From a virus (Duplodnaviria; Caudoviricetes), in the IMG/VR virus record IMGVR_UViG_3300009692_000017, positions 1-64,000 of that record: a stretch of DNA of 64,000 bases; one strand, given 5' to 3'. The number at the start of each line of letters is the position of its first letter. Position 1 is the stretch's first letter. Below, in pieces: positions 39,753 through 49,646 of the stretch. Under the pieces are notes generated by a model that saw nothing but the letters and a program-made list of their open reading frames with translations, ran no database searches and was not told the origin of the DNA. The position numbers were made by a program, and so were the translations under genes.

Positions 39753-40382
39753 TTATCCTCTATCTGGCGGCAAATTAATATCTACATCATTGTGTAATGG
39801 ATCATCATATCGGACGCGTGTAGAATGTCTTCCGCAGGCTTTGTCTGCGGCTATCTCTTCATCTGATTTTAATCCTACTGCCATCTGAAAATGACGTGTT
39901 ATATCTTCTCCAAAAAGTGTGTCCATTTCTTTTCGAAATTCTATTAATATTTTTTTAACGATAATTTTCTCTTCGTTTTTTAATGTTTTTATCACTTCTC
40001 TTATAAATGAATCATAATACAAAGAGACTGCCGTCATGTCTATAAAATTTACATCGCCCTTTTCTTTTAGGTCATACAAACATTGTTTTATTTCTGGGTT
40101 TCTCTCTAATATATTGGAGTCAATTGCATCTATTTCTTTCTTATATTTTTTAAGTATTTTGCTCATTTTTATATATTTAAACAATCCTTTGAATGGATAA
40201 TTTTGCCAAGATCGAGACCATCCGCCACCACTTTTGTTACCAGTCCCAAATTTTGCATATCTAGTATTTAACCATAATAAAAATATTAAAATTGGAATTG
40301 TGCCTAAAGAAACAAATCCTATTATTTCTTCGTTTAACAATTCATCCTGATTAAATTTTTCGTAAGTTTTTAAATTTTTCAT
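39753..40382 (-). CDS. Membrane-anchored hypothetical protein with an internal-protein-like leader
   Basis: MKNLKTYEKFNQDELLNE|E followed by hydrophobic IIGFVSLGTIPILIFLLWL. Confidence 0.7.
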   Translation of the reverse strand: MKNLKTYEKFNQDELLNEEIIGFVSLGTIPILIFLLWLNTRYAKFGTGNKSGGGWSRSWQNYPFKGLFKYIKMSKILKKYKKEIDAIDSNILERNPEIKQCLYDLKEKGDVNFIDMTAVSLYYDSFIREVIKTLKNEEKIIVKKILIEFRKEMDTLFGEDITRHFQMAVGLKSDEEIAADKACGRHSTRVRYDDPLHNDVDINLPPDRG

Positions 40383-40444
40383 ATTTCCGTTTTTTTTTTT
40401 AAGGATATATATTAATAAAAAAAATCATTTTTATATATACCAAC

Positions 40445-41374
40445 ATGAGTAAATGTCCTTTCTGTAAAAATAGAATAAATCGATATGATGGCGGACATAT
40501 TTATAGGTGTAATAAAAACATGCATATATGGAACAAAAGGGATGTTAAATATGAATATTTGGTTTATAATTTTCCAATTATAAGTAAGAAGAATATTTTG
40601 TTTGATGAATATGTAGTTAAAAATAAAAGTCTTCCTGATATAAAAAAAGAATATATTATAAGTTATAGAAATATATTATTTTTATTGGATTATTTTGGTA
40701 TAAAAAAAAGAACTCCGAGTGTTAGTTCGAAACAAATATCAATAAAAAAATACAAAAAAACATGTCTCCAAAAATATGGAGTTGATAATGTATCAAAACT
40801 ACAATCTATAAAAGACGAAAAAAAACATAAAAAATCTTATATAGTTAAAGATAAATATAAATTCGAAAAATTGTATAATTTCTTTATTTCTAACGAAATA
40901 AATACGATAAATCAAACAGATATAAAAATAAAAAAGGATATTAAAAAATTACGCAAAGAATATTATCATTACTGGTTGAATTTAAACGACGAACAAAAAG
41001 ATTACATGATAAGTAAAAAATCTTTTTTAGAATCACGATTATCTTCATGTTTAGATAATTTGAACATAACATATATTAAAAGATTTATGATCGGTGGAAA
41101 ATTTTTCGATTTTAAAATTAATAATTCATATTTATTAATAGATGTAAATAGTGATTTCTGGCACGCAAATCCTTCAATTTATAAAGAAAATGATAAACTT
41201 AATTTTCCATTTGGCAAAATTAAGGCAAAAATAATATGGAATAGAGATAAATATAAACTAGAAATATCTGAAAGTTATGGATATAAATTAATATATATAT
41301 GGGAACAAGATATAAAAGATCTAAACGATTTTGAATTAATTCAATATATAATAGATAAATTGGAAAATCGATAA
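40445..41374 (+). CDS. Vsr/DUF559-like endonuclease protein with a KYG repeat (divergent relative of the expanded family)
   Basis: CPFC, LQKYGVDNVSK, FDFKI...IDVNSDFWHANP, GYKLIYIWEQD. Confidence 0.7.
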   Translation: MSKCPFCKNRINRYDGGHIYRCNKNMHIWNKRDVKYEYLVYNFPIISKKNILFDEYVVKNKSLPDIKKEYIISYRNILFLLDYFGIKKRTPSVSSKQISIKKYKKTCLQKYGVDNVSKLQSIKDEKKHKKSYIVKDKYKFEKLYNFFISNEINTINQTDIKIKKDIKKLRKEYYHYWLNLNDEQKDYMISKKSFLESRLSSCLDNLNITYIKRFMIGGKFFDFKINNSYLLIDVNSDFWHANPSIYKENDKLNFPFGKIKAKIIWNRDKYKLEISESYGYKLIYIWEQDIKDLNDFELIQYIIDKLENR

Positions 41375-41382
41375 TAAATAAA

Positions 41383-42003
41383 ATGAAACGTAAATACCCA
41401 AGAACTTGGCATTTGCCAGGATCTCCAGGATGTACATCAGATGATAAAATACATAAAGATATTACTTTTTTTGATGGAAAAGAGATTGTTATTAGTGAAA
41501 AGATGGACGGTGAGTCTTGTACAATGATGTCTGATTGTATATATGCCAGATCACCAGATTCGCAAGATCACCCTTCGCGTCATTGGGTTAAAGGATTATG
41601 GGGGAAAATAAGATATAATATACCACCCGATTGGAAAATTTGTGGAGAAAATTTATATGCCGCACATTCTTTACATTATAAAAATCTACCGACGTATTTT
41701 ATGGTATTTTCAATATGGGATGAAAATGATGTTTGTTTATCATGGGACGATACTGTTACTTTTTGTGATTTTCTTGAATTAGAACACGTTCCTGTTTTAT
41801 GGAGAGGAAATTATGATGAAGATTTTATTAAAAATTTTAAAATAAATACTGAAACTCAAGAAGGATTCGTTATCAGATTGGCTGATAGTTTTCATTTTAA
41901 TGATTTTGAAAAATCAGTTGTTAAATGGGTTAGAAAAAATCATGTTATATCAGATGATCATTGGATGTATAAAAAAATAATACCCAATGAATTAAAACCA
42001 TAA
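41383..42003 (+). CDS. RNA ligase family nucleotidyltransferase
   Basis: KYPRTWHLP, motif I EKMDG, GENL, F.VFSIW, VP.L, EGFVIR, K.VR. Confidence 0.85.
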   Translation: MKRKYPRTWHLPGSPGCTSDDKIHKDITFFDGKEIVISEKMDGESCTMMSDCIYARSPDSQDHPSRHWVKGLWGKIRYNIPPDWKICGENLYAAHSLHYKNLPTYFMVFSIWDENDVCLSWDDTVTFCDFLELEHVPVLWRGNYDEDFIKNFKINTETQEGFVIRLADSFHFNDFEKSVVKWVRKNHVISDDHWMYKKIIPNELKP

Positions 42004-42060
42004 AAATATCTTGGCATAATAATTGTTGTTAATAATATTAAAAAAAAAAATAAAAAATTT

Positions 42061-43155
42061 ATGAAAAAGTTATTTTATTTACTGTGTGCTTTGACTTTAA
42101 TATCTTGTGCACCTAAACCAAATAAAGCAATAGTTGGAAATTCAGAATATAAACATGTTTATATAGACAGTAAATCCCATTCATATTTAGTCGATGATAA
42201 TGAAAACATAGTCGATGTAGATAGTTTTTCATATACAAATAAATCAAATAAAACGTATTATGATGAATATTTATTCAACCAAAATGATAGTAATGACTGT
42301 ATAAATAATATAAATATAACTATTTACCCGAGTTATCCTATTGATAATTGGTATACTACACCTTATTATGGATATTCATATTACTCATATTATGGTTTTA
42401 ATTTCGGATATTGGCCTTATTATCCATATTCTTCTTTATATTATTATAATTTTGGTTGGCCTTATTATTATCCTTATTATTATCCTTATTATTTTTATCC
42501 ATATCATTACCCATATTATTATGGACATAGATATCCTCATCAATATTTTCCTCACCAAGGATTGAACACATATCATGATCGAAGATATTCTAATGACGGA
42601 TTTCCCATTAAAAATAATAGAAATATTCAAAATAAAACTAAAGATTATATAAAACAAAGAACAAATGCCCCGAAATATAATAGAGAAACAATTCAAAATT
42701 ATTCTTCACAATCATATAGAAAATCCAAAAGCAGTAAGGAATATCATTCACCGAAGAATTCGATGTATAATCAAAGAGGGAAAACTATAAATAATGAAAG
42801 AATCAATTCTTCAAATTCGGTGCAGAGATCATCAATACAAAGAACCAATGGTCAAAATGGAAATCCAGCATATAGATCAAACCCAACGCAAAGAACAACT
42901 GGTCAAACTATAAATCCAGCATATAGATCAAACTCAATGCAAAGAACAACTAATAGACAAAATCCAGCATATATTGAACAAAGAAGTGGTTCTAGTAGAT
43001 CATATTCAACACCATATTCTACTCCCAGCAGAATTAATTCAGGAGCATCTTATTCGACACCTAGAAATTCACCTAGTAATTTTGGAGGTGGAGGAATGAG
43101 ACATAGTAGTGGAATGGGAGGTGGAGGAACAAAAAGTTCTGGAGGTAGAAGATAA
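42061..43155 (+). CDS. Lipoprotein with a Tyr/Pro-rich core and a disordered Ser/Arg/Gly tail
   Basis: Lipobox LISC after a hydrophobic signal; YYPYYYP run; NPAY repeats; GGG/SSGGRR end. Confidence 0.7.
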   Translation: MKKLFYLLCALTLISCAPKPNKAIVGNSEYKHVYIDSKSHSYLVDDNENIVDVDSFSYTNKSNKTYYDEYLFNQNDSNDCINNINITIYPSYPIDNWYTTPYYGYSYYSYYGFNFGYWPYYPYSSLYYYNFGWPYYYPYYYPYYFYPYHYPYYYGHRYPHQYFPHQGLNTYHDRRYSNDGFPIKNNRNIQNKTKDYIKQRTNAPKYNRETIQNYSSQSYRKSKSSKEYHSPKNSMYNQRGKTINNERINSSNSVQRSSIQRTNGQNGNPAYRSNPTQRTTGQTINPAYRSNSMQRTTNRQNPAYIEQRSGSSRSYSTPYSTPSRINSGASYSTPRNSPSNFGGGGMRHSSGMGGGGTKSSGGRR

Positions 43156-43163
43156 ATACTATA

Positions 43164-44549
43164 TTAAAATTCAGCATTTTTTGGTGTTCTGGGGAATGGT
43201 ATTACATCCCGGATGTTTGACATTCCAGTAACAAAAAGCATAAGACGTTCCAAACCAAGGCCGAATCCGGAATGAGGAACAGTTCCAAATTTTCTTGTGT
43301 CTATGTACCACCATAGTTCTTTTTCTGATATATTTAATTCTTTAATACGTTCAATTAATAATTCGAGTCTTTCTTCTCTTTGACTACCACCGATAATTTC
43401 TCCAATTTTTGGAAAAAGAATGTCCATTGCCCTGACTGTTTTTCCGTCATCGTTTATTCTCATGTAAAAAGCTTTAATATTTTTTGGATATTCCGTTAAA
43501 ATAACAGGTTTTCCAAAATGATCGACTAGATAACATTCGTGTTCTGATTTTAAATCATCGCCCCATTCTATTGGAAATTCCCATTTTTGGTTTGATGATT
43601 TAAGAATATTAATAGCATTAGTGTAAGTTAATCTTTGAAAATTTTCTGAAAAAACGTTTTGTAATCTATTAATTAATTCTTTATCATACATGTCATTTAG
43701 AAATTGAATATCATCATAACAATTGTCGATTATGTATTTTATCAAGAATTTAAGAAAATCTTCGGCTAAATCCATGTTATCATTTATATCATAAAATGCC
43801 ATTTCTGGTTCAATCATCCAGAATTCGGCTAGATGTCTATGAGTATTTGAATTTTCAGCTCGAAATGTTGGTCCAAATGTATATACTTGTGATAAAGACA
43901 TCGCTGCTAGTTCAGCTTCAAGTTGTCCACTTACAGTCAATTTTGTTTTTTTTCCAAAAAAATCCTGACTGTAATCAACATCACCATTTTTCATAAGGGG
44001 AATATTTTTTTCATCAAATGTTGTTACACGAAACATTTCACCGGCTCCTTCAGCATCAGAACCTGTTATAATTGGTGTATGAATGTAAAAGAAACCGTGA
44101 TCATTAAAATATTTATGTATGGCGTATGATATAGAGTGACGAATTCTTAAAATAGCACCAAATGTATTTGTACGAAATCTGAGATGTGAAATTTCACGAA
44201 GAAATTCCAAGGAGTGCCCTTTTTTTTGGAGGGGATATGTATTTGGATCAGCAGAACCGTAAATTTCTATTTTATCTGCTTGTATTTCAACTTTTTGTTT
44301 ATAACCATCAGATTCGACCAATTTTCCTATTACAGAAATAGAACTGCCTGTTGTAATATTTTTCAAAATATCGTGAGAAAATTTCGCAATATCAATAACG
44401 ATTTGTATATTTTTTAATGTTGAACCGTCGTTTAAAGAAATAAAGATAATATTTTTATTTTCTCTTTTTGTGCGAACCCAACCTTTAACTATTATTAATT
44501 TTTCAAATTCTTTTGATTTTAGTAAATCGACAATTCTTATATATTTCAT
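43164..44549 (-). CDS. asnS: Asparaginyl-tRNA synthetase
   Basis: [77 protein letters not shown]. Confidence 0.97.
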   Translation of the reverse strand: MKYIRIVDLLKSKEFEKLIIVKGWVRTKRENKNIIFISLNDGSTLKNIQIVIDIAKFSHDILKNITTGSSISVIGKLVESDGYKQKVEIQADKIEIYGSADPNTYPLQKKGHSLEFLREISHLRFRTNTFGAILRIRHSISYAIHKYFNDHGFFYIHTPIITGSDAEGAGEMFRVTTFDEKNIPLMKNGDVDYSQDFFGKKTKLTVSGQLEAELAAMSLSQVYTFGPTFRAENSNTHRHLAEFWMIEPEMAFYDINDNMDLAEDFLKFLIKYIIDNCYDDIQFLNDMYDKELINRLQNVFSENFQRLTYTNAINILKSSNQKWEFPIEWGDDLKSEHECYLVDHFGKPVILTEYPKNIKAFYMRINDDGKTVRAMDILFPKIGEIIGGSQREERLELLIERIKELNISEKELWWYIDTRKFGTVPHSGFGLGLERLMLFVTGMSNIRDVIPFPRTPKNAEF

Positions 44550-44859
44550 TATTTTTTATTAATTTTTTATTATATTATATTCTTAATATTTAAGTTTTGT
44601 TTAATAAAAAATTGAAATTTAGTTATTGGACTCTAATAAAAGAATATATAATAAAAAAAAACAAATCATGTCCAGTGCATATACTTATATTTTTGATGAT
44701 AATGAATGTAACAGAGATTTGATTATAAAACAAATATCAATTTCTAAAATTTGAATGATTAAAAATAACATTTTATAAATATAAATTCTTGTCAAATTTG
44801 GCTATATGAAAAATAGAATAGATGATTTTTTATATATAAACTAAAAGAAATTATAAAAA

Positions 44860-47052
44860 ATGGCTTCAAAAAAATATATTAGTTTAGATAATAATATTTT
44901 ATTAGAATGGGAATATGATAGCACAAATGTAAGTGAAAATTATCAAATATGGTCTGACTTATCAAAAGGTTCAAGAAATTTTATTTCTACTACCAATATA
45001 AACAATGTTGATCATAGTTTGTTTGTGATTGATACTGCTCAGAAAAAATTTAGCAAAGTTGATCCAACCAAATTTAATTTTTTGAAAATTCAAAATTATC
45101 ACACTGCTCCGATATCGTATGATAAAGTCACATTATATTTCCCTAACGACTATAATTTTGGAGTATATTATGGATTTCTTTTAAAAATATCATCATATGA
45201 TATTTTTAATCGTAATAAATATCAATTATCTAATTACTACTACGACAAATCTCAAATACAAACGATAAACAATAATATAGAATATGCCGACTCATTAATT
45301 TCTTTGGGTATTCCTTTCATGTACAATCAAAAAGAATGGAGTAAATATATTAGTTTTTATGTGCCCAGTGTCTATAATGTTGCTATTGATAGAATAATAA
45401 GTGAAAATGTTAATAAGGTCACACCGAACAGTATAAATGATTATTTAACTAATGGAGTTGGATTAAGTTCCACTTCACCAATATATTTGGAATTTTCTTT
45501 CATAACATCTAAACAAGTAGTTTTTGATATACCGTATTATTATATGGGTGATATTATAAAAACATCAATAACTTCACAAACCGAATATCAAGATTTAGGT
45601 GTTATTATTCAGGAATCTACTCAAGGAGATTTTTTTGAAATTTATGGATATTATAACAATTCATCTGGAAATATACAAAACTTCGTAAAAGAAATCGAAG
45701 ATAAAGGAGGTAGAGTAAATATTGAATATATAGTAACTTTATACGAAGAAAACATTAGTACTTTCCCTATAACATTTTTAGTTACTGACAATTTTGATCA
45801 AAAAATAGAATATCGTCCAATTATAAAATATTCAAATACAACAGCGGCTATTGATGTTGAAATGAAAATTATTAATTTAGTTGATAATGTTAGTTATAGT
45901 AGATTCGCTAGTGTAGGATTGACTACAAATTTATTAAAATATGGTAAAAAATTATCAAAACTAGATGTCGGAAATTTATATAGTCCAAAAATTTATAATT
46001 ATAAATATGATAAAACTTATGATAATTTAAAAACCAGTTCTAATGTAACTGATGTTAATATAATAAAAGTACCTTTTCCTATTCTAATAGACCTATACAA
46101 AATTTTAGCAAATAATTATAATCCCAATATTTCTAGTGATTATAAAAGTATGGGATTATTGAATATAATATTAACACCATTCGATAATATTATAAAATTT
46201 CAAATAGCTAAACAAGATACTCCTAACGGACCAATAATTCCTTATAATTTGAGTGAGATATTATTAAATTCAAAATTAAATCTATCTTTTGTTTCAGATA
46301 CAAAGAATATAGAAAAGGACGTTTATTATCAAACAGATGAAAATAAATTCGATAAAGGTATAGTTGTTTTTAAAGTAAATCAAGAAGACATACCTATATT
46401 GAAACAAATGAATAAAGAAAAATCTGATAATTTTTATATAATTCTAACATCTAATAAAACAAAAACTCTTTTATATTCCGGAAAATTTAAAATATTTGAA
46501 AATTTGAAATTTTTGGCGACTACAAACGTTTTAACTGGAACAACAATAACATCAGCAGATAATACATTAGCTAATTACACATCCACTTCAACAACAAATC
46601 AAACAAACAATACATCGTCAAATAACGAAATAATAACAGCTATATCTAGTTCTGCAGCTGGGTTGAATGCAATTGTCCCGCCGCAGTTCGACTCCAATGG
46701 GATTCCAATAATACAAAGCGATTCTGTGACTTTTTTGGATTATTATAGAAATTTAATATTATGGTTAAAAGCAGGTATTACTGAAGAACAGATTAATGAA
46801 GTAATTAACAATTTGAATAATATTGGAGTTAATTTTAATTACGCTTATCAAACCCCAACGTCAACAGGACCGACAATAATAGTATTGGAACAAGTAGAAG
46901 TAGAGAAAATTCAAAAAATAAATTTAATTCCAAATATTGTTAATATAAAGGAATTAAGATTGGATTTCGGTTGGAAAAAAACTTCAGATAAAATATACGA
47001 CTTTAATCAATTCGAAACTCTAATTACTGGTACTACTACAGCAGTCAATTAA
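44860..47052 (+). CDS. Large hypothetical protein, probably virion structural
   Basis: 730 aa, beta-rich; preceded by a TTTATATATA motif; TGTT motifs. Confidence 0.55.
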   Translation: MASKKYISLDNNILLEWEYDSTNVSENYQIWSDLSKGSRNFISTTNINNVDHSLFVIDTAQKKFSKVDPTKFNFLKIQNYHTAPISYDKVTLYFPNDYNFGVYYGFLLKISSYDIFNRNKYQLSNYYYDKSQIQTINNNIEYADSLISLGIPFMYNQKEWSKYISFYVPSVYNVAIDRIISENVNKVTPNSINDYLTNGVGLSSTSPIYLEFSFITSKQVVFDIPYYYMGDIIKTSITSQTEYQDLGVIIQESTQGDFFEIYGYYNNSSGNIQNFVKEIEDKGGRVNIEYIVTLYEENISTFPITFLVTDNFDQKIEYRPIIKYSNTTAAIDVEMKIINLVDNVSYSRFASVGLTTNLLKYGKKLSKLDVGNLYSPKIYNYKYDKTYDNLKTSSNVTDVNIIKVPFPILIDLYKILANNYNPNISSDYKSMGLLNIILTPFDNIIKFQIAKQDTPNGPIIPYNLSEILLNSKLNLSFVSDTKNIEKDVYYQTDENKFDKGIVVFKVNQEDIPILKQMNKEKSDNFYIILTSNKTKTLLYSGKFKIFENLKFLATTNVLTGTTITSADNTLANYTSTSTTNQTNNTSSNNEIITAISSSAAGLNAIVPPQFDSNGIPIIQSDSVTFLDYYRNLILWLKAGITEEQINEVINNLNNIGVNFNYAYQTPTSTGPTIIVLEQVEVEKIQKINLIPNIVNIKELRLDFGWKKTSDKIYDFNQFETLITGTTTAVN

Positions 47053-47056
47053 AATA

Positions 47057-48001
47057 TTAAGTTTTTCCAATATATAAACCGTTTCTAAAATATAAAGTCC
47101 ATGTGCCTCCACCATCTTTAGCTACAACAATATTTTCAGTGATTCCAAAATCTATCATGCTAGAAACAAAGGATATTAAATATTCCTTACCGATCGTCAT
47201 TGCACCATTAGCAGAATATGTTGTGAAACCACTCAATTTATATCCTGTACTACCAATTGTCGTTGTATCTCCAGAATGTACTAAATACATTCCAAAAACT
47301 GATTGATCGTATCTTTCTTCAATCTTCAAAATTCCAGTTGTAGTCATCCATGAATTTATCCAATTATTTAACAAAGAACCATCGGCATCATATTTATTTA
47401 TTGTTATTTGTGTCAATATACCGAAAATTGTATCATTCGAATTTATTTTACCATTCGATGGTATCGGATTCATGCCATCATATATCCATCTACGTGTAGC
47501 GCATCCATAACCTCCATTTAATCCATCTATTCCTGAAGACCCAGAAGGTCCATTAGTCCCAGATGTGCCATTTATACCGGAAGACCCATTCGCACCAGAA
47601 CTACCAGACGTTCCAGATGATCCAGAACTACCAGAAGAACCAGATTCACCATTAGAACCGCTTTTACCGGAAGAACCATTTATACCTGAACTACCAGACA
47701 TTCCAGATGAACCATCTATTCCCGAAGTCCCATCATTACCAGATGTCCCAGATATACCATTTTTTCCGGAAGTACCAGATGTTCCTGATCTACCAGAAGA
47801 ACCGTAAAACCAACCATCAACGCCAGATGAGCCAGATGTTGATCCTGATGTTGAACCAGTATCACTAAATATCAAATAATACCATTCACAATCATTTTTC
47901 TTCTCCCAATAACCACTTCCATTTCTACCGAAATAAATAAATCCATATTCTGGACAACCAATGTCCCACGGATTTATTAATTGTATTTTACTAAAACTCA
48001 T
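47057..48001 (-). CDS. Ser/Gly triplet-repeat (collagen-like GxS) fibre/decoration protein, paralog A
   Basis: (G-S/T-S)n tracts; shares the N-terminus MSFSKIQLINP.DIGCPE.G.IYFGR with 48008-49324. Confidence 0.7.
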   Translation of the reverse strand: MSFSKIQLINPWDIGCPEYGFIYFGRNGSGYWEKKNDCEWYYLIFSDTGSTSGSTSGSSGVDGWFYGSSGRSGTSGTSGKNGISGTSGNDGTSGIDGSSGMSGSSGINGSSGKSGSNGESGSSGSSGSSGTSGSSGANGSSGINGTSGTNGPSGSSGIDGLNGGYGCATRRWIYDGMNPIPSNGKINSNDTIFGILTQITINKYDADGSLLNNWINSWMTTTGILKIEERYDQSVFGMYLVHSGDTTTIGSTGYKLSGFTTYSANGAMTIGKEYLISFVSSMIDFGITENIVVAKDGGGTWTLYFRNGLYIGKT

Positions 48002-48007
48002 TAAATT

Positions 48008-49324
48008 TTATATTATTTTTATTGATGTCTTGCAATTCCATAATCCTCCCCCGGACACGTTAAACAAAATTTGAATATTACTACCGTTCATATTAACAAT
48101 TATTGATGCATTAGTCACGTTTCCTCCCACTTCAACGTATGTATTTCCAGTGTAATTTAAATTTGTACTATTCCAAACCGATATTATATTCCCAGCTTTT
48201 AATGTTTCACCACTAGATATATAATAATCCAAAAATAGGGAACTACCATTTGATTTAGGAAAAGATGATATAATAAAATTCCCAAAAGTTGCTCCTGTTA
48301 TTGAAGATTGATAAATCTCACTGATACCTGAACTTCCATCTTTTCCGCTACTACCGCTAGATCCACTTATTCCACTAGATCCAGTTATTCCACTAGTACC
48401 ACTTGTTCCTCCTCTTCCACTAGTACCACCGGTTCCTCCTCTTCCACTGGTACCACTTGTCCCAGAAGATCCATTTATACTAATTCCAGAAGAACCTGAA
48501 GTACCGTCTATACCTTTTCCACTAGGCACAAAAGAAATTAAATAACTTTTATTTAAAATAGTGTTTCCGCTTGCACTATATGAAGTAAAACCACTTATTT
48601 GATGTATAAAAATAGCCGGATAATCCGAAGTATTTATTGTTTGTCCTGATATAATATCATACAACCCGAAATAACACAAATTATCAAATGATTCTATTTT
48701 CAATATACCACTTTTCCAATTCTCTAACCATTCACTAACATAGGTATCATCAGCGTCCCAATCATTCAATCTTAAATATGTGATATCTTTTAAATCACCA
48801 AATGATGCATTAAAAACCCCCTTTATTGAAGGATCAGTGCCATAAATCCATCTTCTTGCTGATCCACCGTAACCTCCACTAAAACCGGAAGAACCACTAC
48901 TACCATAAAAATTGCCATCTTTACCGGATGAACCGGAAGAACCAGCAATTCCTGATGATCCACTACTACCAGAACTTCCAGTATTCCCGCTAGTTCCATT
49001 AGAACCAGATTTTCCACTAGAACCACTTTCACCTGAAGAACCATCTAATCCAGAAGTTCCATCTTCACCAGATGTCCCTGAAGTGCCTGCTTTTCCAGAT
49101 GTTCCTGAAGTTCCAGATTTCCCAGATGATCCATAAAAAGAACCGTCAATACCAGATGATCCTGACGTTGATCCAGATCCAATTTCGACCCATGTGATGT
49201 AACTAATATAGCAATTCGATGTTTTTTCCCAATACCCTAAATTATCTCTTCCGAAATAAATATATCCCGATTCAGGACAACCAATATCCATTGGATTTAT
49301 TAATTGTATTTTACTAAAACTCAC
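48008..49324 (-). CDS. Ser/Gly triplet-repeat fibre/decoration protein, paralog B
   Basis: Two (GSS/GTS)n tracts; shared GGYG..RRWIY and YLISFV segments. Confidence 0.7.
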   Translation of the reverse strand: MSFSKIQLINPMDIGCPESGYIYFGRDNLGYWEKTSNCYISYITWVEIGSGSTSGSSGIDGSFYGSSGKSGTSGTSGKAGTSGTSGEDGTSGLDGSSGESGSSGKSGSNGTSGNTGSSGSSGSSGIAGSSGSSGKDGNFYGSSGSSGFSGGYGGSARRWIYGTDPSIKGVFNASFGDLKDITYLRLNDWDADDTYVSEWLENWKSGILKIESFDNLCYFGLYDIISGQTINTSDYPAIFIHQISGFTSYSASGNTILNKSYLISFVPSGKGIDGTSGSSGISINGSSGTSGTSGRGGTGGTSGRGGTSGTSGITGSSGISGSSGSSGKDGSSGISEIYQSSITGATFGNFIISSFPKSNGSSLFLDYYISSGETLKAGNIISVWNSTNLNYTGNTYVEVGGNVTNASIIVNMNGSNIQILFNVSGGGLWNCKTSIKII

Positions 49325-49444
49325 TTATAAATCATTTTATTCCTATATATAAAAAATAAAATAGTATAAATAGTATTAGTCAAATAAATTAAACAAAACA
49401 TATTTTTTTATAATATAAAATGTGACAAAAAATAATAAAAATGA

Positions 49445-49496
49445 ATGAAAAAACTCTTATCAATGTCCTCATTTAAGTACCGGAGGAATGTTCCTC
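49445..49496 (+). pseudogene. Frameshifted relic of a glycosyltransferase 5' end
   Basis: Reads MKKLLS, then in a shifted frame CPHLSTGGM; compare MKKLLSIIPHCSTGGLP of 52016-55405. Confidence 0.55.
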
Positions 49497-49646
49497 TACG
49501 TGTCAAATATTCATGCCTCATTGTTTCTTGTAGAAAAGAATTAAGAAAAAATACGATAAATTAATGAAAAATTATGGAATGAATTTATTACAAAATAAAA
49601 AGGAATCAATTATATTTACCGGATATTAGAAAGATTTCTTCCTATT

